Source: Chlamydiia bacterium
GTDB taxonomy: Bacteria; Chlamydiota; Chlamydiia; Chlamydiales; JBMOFD01
Length of the DNA: 27,206 nt
Direction: 5' to 3'
Assembly: GCA_049314435.1 (NCBI GenBank)
Contig: JBMOFD010000018.1
Span: 1 to 27,206 of the forward strand
The position numbers and the translations under genes were made by a program. Positions 9,079-16,289 of the stretch are shown here, one piece after another. The notes beneath the pieces were generated by a model. It did no database searches. It had not been told where the DNA came from and was given only the letters and a program-made list of their open reading frames with translations. Positions within the stretch are counted from its first letter, which is position 1; every line of letters starts with the position of its first letter.

Positions 9079-12000
9079 ATGAGCAGCTCGTCGACGCCCA
9101 CTCGCCACTCTTCATTTCATGTCGCAGCCTCGGTAGCGACCTGTGATGGAGGATCTTCATCCACAGGGCCGACCGACGAACAGAGCACATCAACCAGCCA
9201 CCGGATTGCAGGTCTGGTAGATCCGCTTCTCTCCCAGACCTTGCCTCAGCGTTCAGATGAGGCGGCCTCATTGATGGGTCGCGCGAGCTCACCGGTTGAC
9301 CAGAGTGCGCCGGAGGTCACCCGCGGCGTACGAACTGATGTCCAGCAGAAGGCGCTGCTGCTGCTGGAGAGCATCCAGGTGAAGAATCCCCGTTTGTCCA
9401 TGTCCTTGCCGACGGTGGGAGATCTACTCTCTTACAGCCTGGTGTCCGTACTTCTAGAGATGGCTCAATATGCCGGGCAAAGAGGGCTGAAGCCGGAAAG
9501 CGAGGATGTTTTGGCGATCGCCCGTTGTATATATAATAAAGAACTTAATACAAGCAGTAGGTCTAAGTTTACGCAGCTCTACTTGCGCTTGATCCGACCT
9601 CCAGGGCAAACGGCAACGGGAGAGAGCGATTTCAATCGTGAGATGGGATTTATCACCCAGCTCTCGAACATCTGCGATCTATTGGAACTCACCCAGTGGC
9701 GTTTTTCGTCCGAGGCGTTGGTAGCTTCAGCAAATCCCGCGGCCAGCCGGGACTGGTTTGATCACGTCTATGGCTTGAGCATCGACTTGCACCGGCTATT
9801 GCAGGATCACGGCACATCGAGCGCTCTTCCGTCGGACAGTGGTGTGGGCGCCTATTGGCCGCAGCTCAAGGCCAAGCTTGGGCATCATTTTGCGAATGTT
9901 TCAGGGGCTTGTAATGAGCGGAATATGCGGCTCATCGGATGCCTCACCAGAGAGTTGGGAAGGTGCGCAGGGCATGTGCAGCGGCTGTTCGACGGCCCCA
10001 TCCCTCAAGCAGAGCTGAGTCGACGTCTCTATCTGGCACGGAGCGCAGTCGAGCTAGCCAGCCGATTACAAGCGATTAGGAAGGGCTGTTGGGACGAACT
10101 GATCGCGGGCCTTGGACTCTTCACCGAGTCAAAGCATCCGTATGTCATGAGCGTGGTCAGGGCCTTCCGTCACACCCAACCACCGACCATGTTGGTGACC
10201 ATAGACTATCTTGATGCAGCGCTAGGGTGTTGGATTGCCCATGTCATGAAGGGCCTCGCACCAAAGGCTTACCCCACTCCAGACGAAGTTCAATCGGCCA
10301 TCGCCCTGTTGGGCCTGGCCATGCAGAATGCTCTCCTTGGCCCCTGCAACATCAAGAAGCCCAGTCGGGGGGAAACCCTCAAGCAGGCTGTCTGGGCTTG
10401 TCGTCAAGAGATCGAAGGCTTCGCAAAAGCAGCCGATTTGCAGTATCGCCTGATGCTACGCACGTTCTGTCTGGAGAGAAACTGGATCATATCCGCTCAG
10501 AAAAGGGCCTTGGACCTGTCGGTGGCGACCGACAAAGTCGCCACCGTCCAGCCCTGTATCCAGTCTATGCTGACAGACTTGGTCCAGGCCTTTCCCCGTT
10601 GGACGAGCCGTGAGGCGGAAGCCGGTTTCGTGGATAGCTACCAGGGGGCACTACATGAAGCAAGACAGGCGCTGCTGAGCACACTCTTGTCGGTAGATAG
10701 TTTAACACAGGATCAGGCAGCGAGGGAGCTCCAGCTCATCACCAAAGTCTTCTCAAAAGAGGGGTGCGATCGCGCTCGCACCTGTTCTGGATTGCTAGAA
10801 GAATTTGGAGATCGAGCGAACCAGGAGAATTCGGCCTACTGTACACGGCTTCTTGCTGCTCAGTTTCTTATGGAGCTGGTGAAGAGTCATACTGCTCGTC
10901 TCGCTCAGGACCACTATGAGGCTTTCCGGGAGGAGTTGGAGGCGGAGGAAGCTAGCGCCGCGGTATGTACAACGACGTCCGTCGCCGCCTCGAATCGATC
11001 AACTTATTCCGAAGCAAAGGAAGAGAGTTCATACGCTGTCTCGATTGAAGAAGTCAGTGAAAGTCCTTGCGTTCAGGACACTACTCAAGTGGAAGAGTTA
11101 GGCCCCGTGGCAGTACGGCGTGTGCATCGACTATGGGATGGATTAACCCGAGCCTCTTGGAATGCCATGCAGTCACCCGCGCGTGACTTGGCGGGCATCC
11201 ACGTACAGCAGGGGGGATTGCACGCTCGGTGCAGCCTCCGTCTCATCACCCTGTTGCGGCAAAACGGACCATGGGGTGGAGCCCTTGCCGGCCTCATACC
11301 CGGATTCCTCTATCTAACCGCTGAGAGTTTCCTGACGGCAACCGCATTGCGGAAAGCCAGCACCCGTGAGGAGGAGAAGGTCCTATGGGACCATGTGACC
11401 AGGCGCCATCGCTTGTCGTGGAGACTCACATGCGCTGGGAAGAACCCAGACCTGTTTGCCTGTGTGCGCATGAATGACTTGGGGACGATCACCCGCTATC
11501 CCAACGAGGCTCGCGAAGCCAATGAGGCGGCGACTGCCTTGAGAGCAATTGACGCGGGACATCCGGATCAGGCCAGGACCTCCATTGAGGAGATCTTCCG
11601 ACAGACGCTCATCGTGTCCTCCTCCTGTCACCAAGAGAGAGAGACTCCATTGGACCTCTCAGAGCGCTCTTTCCAATCCTGGCTATCCCAGTGTGAGCAA
11701 GCCCATCCTGTCACCGTGGTGAACATCCCGGGGGAGATCAACCGTGTTGCTAGCCGGCTATGCAAGGACGTGGAGAAGTATGTGCAAGGAGCTATCAACC
11801 AAGAAGCTCGTGTGCTCCTGGATAGGCTCGTGAAGATTGGGCGTTGCCTAGCTCATGAAAAGACGATCCCGGTAGAAGCCATTGCAGGGGTCGTGTACGG
11901 CCTGCTTCTGAATACCGAGTATAGCCTCCTAAGCATCGTGAATGACTACATCAGGGGAAGGGCCGGTCGGTCAGTTGAGCGAGGAACAAAGCTGGAGAGC

Positions 12001-12306
12001 GCAGTGCTTCTGCTCTCCAAGTACAACCCGGACGTCGTAGATCGACTCTTAGCCTATCAGGTTGCCATGGATCAAGAGACTCCTGGAGAACCCTGGGCAC
12101 GCGGAAAGATGCTCGACTATCCCCTGCAGTTGGGAAGAGGAGATTCGTTGTTCAGATTGCTGGAGAGCATCGACGTTCCTGCAGGGTGGCAGATCGCCGG
12201 CCGAGAGGCGCCACGGACATCTCCGCATTTAGCCCAACTCGCAAGCTACCTCCGACACTGCCAGCAGCTGCTGGCGATTATCGCTGGTGGACTGACAGAC
12301 TCTTGA
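9079..12306 (+). CDS. Large hypothetical protein (1075 aa); candidate type III-secreted effector with C-terminal HEPN-like motifs
   Basis: Long ORF with a Ser/Thr-rich disordered N-terminus (MSSSSTPTRHSS...GSSSTGPTDEQSTSTS), helical body and LTAESFLTA...HRL...TRYP near the C-terminus. Confidence 0.85.
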   Translation: MSSSSTPTRHSSFHVAASVATCDGGSSSTGPTDEQSTSTSHRIAGLVDPLLSQTLPQRSDEAASLMGRASSPVDQSAPEVTRGVRTDVQQKALLLLESIQVKNPRLSMSLPTVGDLLSYSLVSVLLEMAQYAGQRGLKPESEDVLAIARCIYNKELNTSSRSKFTQLYLRLIRPPGQTATGESDFNREMGFITQLSNICDLLELTQWRFSSEALVASANPAASRDWFDHVYGLSIDLHRLLQDHGTSSALPSDSGVGAYWPQLKAKLGHHFANVSGACNERNMRLIGCLTRELGRCAGHVQRLFDGPIPQAELSRRLYLARSAVELASRLQAIRKGCWDELIAGLGLFTESKHPYVMSVVRAFRHTQPPTMLVTIDYLDAALGCWIAHVMKGLAPKAYPTPDEVQSAIALLGLAMQNALLGPCNIKKPSRGETLKQAVWACRQEIEGFAKAADLQYRLMLRTFCLERNWIISAQKRALDLSVATDKVATVQPCIQSMLTDLVQAFPRWTSREAEAGFVDSYQGALHEARQALLSTLLSVDSLTQDQAARELQLITKVFSKEGCDRARTCSGLLEEFGDRANQENSAYCTRLLAAQFLMELVKSHTARLAQDHYEAFREELEAEEASAAVCTTTSVAASNRSTYSEAKEESSYAVSIEEVSESPCVQDTTQVEELGPVAVRRVHRLWDGLTRASWNAMQSPARDLAGIHVQQGGLHARCSLRLITLLRQNGPWGGALAGLIPGFLYLTAESFLTATALRKASTREEEKVLWDHVTRRHRLSWRLTCAGKNPDLFACVRMNDLGTITRYPNEAREANEAATALRAIDAGHPDQARTSIEEIFRQTLIVSSSCHQERETPLDLSERSFQSWLSQCEQAHPVTVVNIPGEINRVASRLCKDVEKYVQGAINQEARVLLDRLVKIGRCLAHEKTIPVEAIAGVVYGLLLNTEYSLLSIVNDYIRGRAGRSVERGTKLESAVLLLSKYNPDVVDRLLAYQVAMDQETPGEPWARGKMLDYPLQLGRGDSLFRLLESIDVPAGWQIAGREAPRTSPHLAQLASYLRHCQQLLAIIAGGLTDS

Positions 12307-12311
12307 TCACT

Positions 12312-12352
12312 GGAGAAGGAGGCAAGCCAAACCCGGCTCGCCTCCTTCCTCC
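12312..12352. terminator. Hairpin between convergent genes; probable bidirectional terminator
   Basis: GAAGGAGGC-A-AGCC-AAACCC-GGCT-C-GCCTCCTTC fills most of the 51-nt gap between stops at 12306 and 12358. Confidence 0.65.
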
Positions 12353-12357
12353 CAGGA

Positions 12358-13317
12358 TCAGCCGATGCCCTGCGCTGCTAACCAGCGCTCTGCATCGAGT
12401 GCCGCCATGCAGCCACTGCCCGCTGCCGTCACCGCCTGTCGATAGACGTGGTCCTGCACGTCACCAGCTGCAAAGACTCCCTCGATGGCCGTCTTGGATG
12501 TTCCAGCCTCTACGACCAGATACCCAGCTGCATCGGTCGCTAGCTGCTGCTCCAGGAATCCCGTATTGGGCTGATGGCCGATCGCAAAGAACACGCCGGC
12601 ACCAGGACGGGTCTCTTCCGCATTGGTCTGGAGATTTTTGATGACCACCTGGTTTACCACCGGGTCCCCAAGGACCGCAGCCACTGCGCTATTCCAGAGG
12701 ACGGTGATCTTTGGATGTTTCAACACGCGATCCGCCATGATCTTGGATGCTCGTAGCTGATCTCGACGGTGCACCACGTAGACGTGTGACGCGAACTTCG
12801 TCAGGAAGAGAGCCTCTTCTGCTGCAGTATCCCCTCCTCCGATGACATAGAGGTCTTTGTTGCGGAAGATCGGCATCGCTCCGTCACAGACCGCGCAGGC
12901 GCTCACCCCCTTTTGCCACAACTCCCCATCACGAGTGCCCGGGATGTCGAGTCGCTTAGCCGTGGCTCCTGTGGCGACGATCACAGCGCTGGCTTGCACT
13001 TCTTTGGTAGCCGTTTTCACGATGAAGGGCTTTTGCTTGAGCTTGACCGAGATGACGTCCTCACCGATGAACCGGGTCCCGAATCGTTCGGCCTGCTTCT
13101 TCATCTCATCCACCAAGTCTGGACCACTGATCCCCTTAGGAAATCCTGGGTAGTTCTCCACGTCCGTCGTGGTCATGAGCTGACCTCCTGGAACGCCTCC
13201 CGAAGTGAACCCTTCTATGACAAGAGGGTTTAGATCCGCTCTAGCGGCATAGATGGCCGCAGTGAGCGCAGCCGGTCCAGATCCAATGATGACGAGATGT
13301 TCTACGTTCTCCGGCAT
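12358..13317 (-). CDS. trxB: Thioredoxin-disulfide reductase (low-molecular-weight TrxR)
   Basis: [11 protein letters not shown] motif, [20 protein letters not shown] active site, [45 protein letters not shown]. Confidence 0.98.
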   Translation of the reverse strand: MPENVEHLVIIGSGPAALTAAIYAARADLNPLVIEGFTSGGVPGGQLMTTTDVENYPGFPKGISGPDLVDEMKKQAERFGTRFIGEDVISVKLKQKPFIVKTATKEVQASAVIVATGATAKRLDIPGTRDGELWQKGVSACAVCDGAMPIFRNKDLYVIGGGDTAAEEALFLTKFASHVYVVHRRDQLRASKIMADRVLKHPKITVLWNSAVAAVLGDPVVNQVVIKNLQTNAEETRPGAGVFFAIGHQPNTGFLEQQLATDAAGYLVVEAGTSKTAIEGVFAAGDVQDHVYRQAVTAAGSGCMAALDAERWLAAQGIG

Positions 13318-13407
13318 GTCAACCTTATGTGGGGAAGCCTATTTCTAGATGAAACGGAAAGCCTAACCCAGCAGATCCATTCCTACAACGACGACTGAGA
13401 CGCCGGC

Positions 13408-14586
13408 CTATTCAACCCAAAGAAGCAGGGATTTGAGGTACTCCCCTTCGGGATGGAAGATGGAGACTGGATGATCCATGGCGGCCATATGGCGCCCTAG
13501 GACCCTCACCTCACGATCGGCATCCACAGCTGCTTGGAACATCGCCTGCTGGAAGAGTCCTTGAGTGATGTGCCCCGAACAAGAGCAGGTTAGCAATAGG
13601 GACCCCGAGGGCATCGCCTTCATCGCCTGCCGATTCAGATCCTTGTATCCACGCAAGGCCGCAGGTACGTCCGCATGTTTCTTAGCGAAGGCAGGCGGGT
13701 CCAGGATGATCAGGTCATAAGCCAGGTCAGCGCCACGGAGAAACTCGAAGACATCGGCTTCCACGGCTTTAGAGCGCGCTCCCCTATCCTCTGCCAGCTG
13801 ATCGTTGAGATCGAGATTACGCTGGAAGAGCTGCAGTGCTGCTCCCGACGCATCCACTGTAGTGACTTCACGAGCTCCACCACGCAGCGCGTACAGGCTA
13901 AAGCCGCCAGAGTAGGCAAAGCAGTTAAGCACACGTCTACCCGACGCAATGCTTTCGATCCGGCGTCTCTCTTCTCTCTGATCCAGGAAGAACCCTGTCT
14001 TCTGCCCACCGACCAGGTCCACCAGAAAGCGGATACCATACTCCTCGATCTCGACCTCGGTGACCGTGGGGCCATGCCAGGTCGTCCGGCACTCCTTAGG
14101 CATCCCTTCAAGAACCCGCACAGAAGCTGAGGACTTTTCCTGGATGGAGTGCTGCGGATAGAGACGTCGAAGCTCCTCAAGCACGCTGGGCTTGAGAAGC
14201 TCCATGCCCATCGTATTGATCTGTAGAACGAGCACGTTTGCGTACTGATCCACAATCAGGCCTGGGAGACTGTCTCCCTCTGCATTGATGAGGCGAAAGG
14301 CATTCGTTTGAGGAGGTCTCAGCTTATCCCTGAGAGAACAGGCCTGTCGGACATGACGCCGAACGGCGTCCTGCGCAGGTTCATTCCCCCATGCCACCAC
14401 ACGACCAGTTAGGCTGGCTTCACGCTGAAAGTATGCTGTGGCGAGGTGTTCTCCGCGGGCACTATAGACAGGCAGCAACTCTCCTGGAGCACAATCACTG
14501 AGCTCCTCAATCGCCCCGCTGAAGATCCAGGGGTGGCGCTGCCAGAGTGCCTTCTCCTTGCCGGGACGTAGCACGCAGCATCGCAT
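13408..14586 (-). CDS. rlmI: Class I SAM-dependent rRNA methyltransferase, RlmI/YwbD family (23S m5C1962-type)
   Basis: N-terminal PUA-like HPWIFSG, RLINAEGDSLPGLIVD, GQKTGFFLDQR, LNCFAYSGGF, DLIILDPPAF, TCSCS, HPEGEYLK. Confidence 0.92.
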   Translation of the reverse strand: MRCCVLRPGKEKALWQRHPWIFSGAIEELSDCAPGELLPVYSARGEHLATAYFQREASLTGRVVAWGNEPAQDAVRRHVRQACSLRDKLRPPQTNAFRLINAEGDSLPGLIVDQYANVLVLQINTMGMELLKPSVLEELRRLYPQHSIQEKSSASVRVLEGMPKECRTTWHGPTVTEVEIEEYGIRFLVDLVGGQKTGFFLDQREERRRIESIASGRRVLNCFAYSGGFSLYALRGGAREVTTVDASGAALQLFQRNLDLNDQLAEDRGARSKAVEADVFEFLRGADLAYDLIILDPPAFAKKHADVPAALRGYKDLNRQAMKAMPSGSLLLTCSCSGHITQGLFQQAMFQAAVDADREVRVLGRHMAAMDHPVSIFHPEGEYLKSLLLWVE

Positions 14587-14873
14587 TACGACTGAACCTG
14601 CTCGATGGTGGTTTCACGAGGAGCTTGATAGGTGCGTCCCAAGTGACTCGTCCACAGACTCATCATGAGGCAGAGGATCACGAAGACAATGGCCATCCAG
14701 GCAGTGAACTTGCGCAAGACGTCGGGCGTTGATGTCCCGAAGATTGAGTCCCCTGCATCACCACCAAAAGAAGCCCCTAGCCCGGAAGACTTGCTCTCTT
14801 GGACAAGGATGCTCAACACCAAGATCAGACTGACAAAGTAGAACAGGACTAAAGCTGAATAATACAACACCAT
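14586..14873 (-). CDS. secG: Preprotein translocase subunit SecG
   Basis: Two TM segments flanking LVQESKSSGLGASFGG...IFG...LRKFTAW. Stop overlaps the rlmI start (TAATG), suggesting translational coupling. Confidence 0.95.
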   Translation of the reverse strand: MVLYYSALVLFYFVSLILVLSILVQESKSSGLGASFGGDAGDSIFGTSTPDVLRKFTAWMAIVFVILCLMMSLWTSHLGRTYQAPRETTIEQVQS

Positions 14874-14930
14874 AACGCCACCTTGCCGATCTCCCTGCGG
14901 AGATCCTCTACCTTTCGTTGATACCCAAGT

Positions 14931-15024
14931 CCGCCTCTAGCATCGGAATCGCTTATGAGCACGAGGTGACTCCGTTAGGAGTCATTCAACTCGTGCTCAT
15001 AAGCGGTTCCGATGCCGAGCGCGG
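14931..15024. repeat. Long palindromic element (REP/MITE-like or structured RNA)
   Basis: 26-nt arms 14940-14965 and 14990-15015 are complementary at 25/26 positions; inner stem TGACTCC-GTTA-GGAGTCA. Confidence 0.85.
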
Positions 15025-15133
15025 CCCATGATAGCAGGGAAGATGCTCGAAGTACATCTCGGCGTCTCCGTTGTTTCAGACAAGACAATGCCTTGCAAAA
15101 GCACGGCAGCCTATCCCGAGAGCGACCTAGACC

Positions 15134-15508
15134 CTAGGCTATCGAAGTGCCAAACTGCCCTAGAGCATACCCGCCAAGTATGGAGGCAGTGTAAAAGGCA
15201 GCTGTCGCAGCTGCACAAGGCCCGCCCATAGTAGCCAGTGCAAGGGTCCCAGCAGCGATCCCCATCAAACTACAGACTGTAGCCGCAACAGCCAGCAGAT
15301 CCAGCTCGCCGCCTCGGCTTGTCATGGTTGATCCATTGAACATCCTTTCAATGCAACCGCCCAAGAGAGCTGCTGCGAGCATCGCCGCACCGGCCATTAG
15401 CGGGTTCCCAGTGGCCACCGCGCTCACCAATGTGGTGCCGGCAGCAATGATGAACGTGGGCGCCTTGTATAGACCTGAAATGTTGAAATTCATACCTGTG
15501 CAGGCCAT
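15134..15508 (-). CDS. Small Ala/Gly-rich membrane protein, Inc-like
   Basis: 124 aa with two ~35-45-residue hydrophobic stretches, each broken centrally by GNP or GGP. AGAGGT just upstream of the ATG; TATAAT on the minus strand at 15546-15541. Confidence 0.7.
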   Translation of the reverse strand: MACTGMNFNISGLYKAPTFIIAAGTTLVSAVATGNPLMAGAAMLAAALLGGCIERMFNGSTMTSRGGELDLLAVAATVCSLMGIAAGTLALATMGGPCAAATAAFYTASILGGYALGQFGTSIA

Positions 15509-15620
15509 TTTACCTCTAAGTTGATCGTTGTTAGAGGCAAATTATAAGCGCACGTCCATTAAGCAAGGATTAAGGCGAATCCAAAGCCGTGAGGTCAATC
15601 TCGGACTTGCAACCCGAGCT

Positions 15621-16289
15621 ATGACAATGACGCAAAGCCCTGAGTCCCTTCAGGATGTTGTCGATCAGAACGCCGCTGAGGGCGGGGATGCCAGCAAAAG
15701 CGAGGAAATGTTCGACCTATTGCACGGGACAACACTCCTCCGGCGCCTCGAGAAGAACCCTGCAGAGAAGGCTGCCCGCATCAGCTTAGGCCTCTTGGAG
15801 CGCACTCCGGCTGTACAGAGAGAACTCACCCACAGTGCCATCCGTGCCATGGAGTGGCAGCAGATCGGAGATGCCCGCTGGGCCCCCTTTAAGGAAAAAG
15901 TGAAACAGCAGCGCGACGCCGCCAGCAGAAAAGCCGCTCAGGAATTGTCCGCTACGTGGCGCACTCTCTCATTGGAACAGGTCCCCGGTGAGGAGTGCCC
16001 GATGAGGCAGACCCGGTCAGAGGCTGCTCCACCCAGCCAGTCTCCACCTCGGCTCAGCCCATCCATAGTGACCAGCGACTCGCCTTCCTCATGGATGTCT
16101 GATGAGTTGCTAGCATCAATCTGGGACCCGACTGCCTCAAATGACTCGCGATGGGAAACTTTTGGTGGTTACGAAAAGGACGACCCCAAGGCATCTCGAA
16201 CCGCTCTTCCAGCTGATCCTGCCACCTCTCGGATCGTATCACCCAAGGTGGGGGATCTTTCCCATACCTTGGGCAAGGAAATGCCGTAG
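15621..16289 (+). CDS. Hypothetical protein (~222 aa), helical N-half, Ser/Pro-rich C-half
   Basis: Only long ORF in the 15.5-16.2 kb gap. Start uncertain (TTG 15528, ATG 15621 or 15627). The 3' end overlaps the convergent giant gene by 121 nt. Confidence 0.55.
   Translation: MTMTQSPESLQDVVDQNAAEGGDASKSEEMFDLLHGTTLLRRLEKNPAEKAARISLGLLERTPAVQRELTHSAIRAMEWQQIGDARWAPFKEKVKQQRDAASRKAAQELSATWRTLSLEQVPGEECPMRQTRSEAAPPSQSPPRLSPSIVTSDSPSSWMSDELLASIWDPTASNDSRWETFGGYEKDDPKASRTALPADPATSRIVSPKVGDLSHTLGKEMP

Noticed and set aside
8282..9082. 266-aa plus-strand ORF
   Set aside because: Antisense shadow of the clear cyclophilin gene, running through the divergent promoter; no motif.
12186..14255. Short alternative-frame and antisense ORFs over trxB and rlmI (likewise those inside the giant genes)
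   Set aside because: Expected shadow ORFs in GC-rich coding DNA; no motifs.
14931..15024. SRP RNA, tRNA or CRISPR repeat interpretation of the palindrome
   Set aside because: No SRP GGAA-loop/AGCAG motif, no cloverleaf and no repeat-spacer array; the arms are near-perfect.
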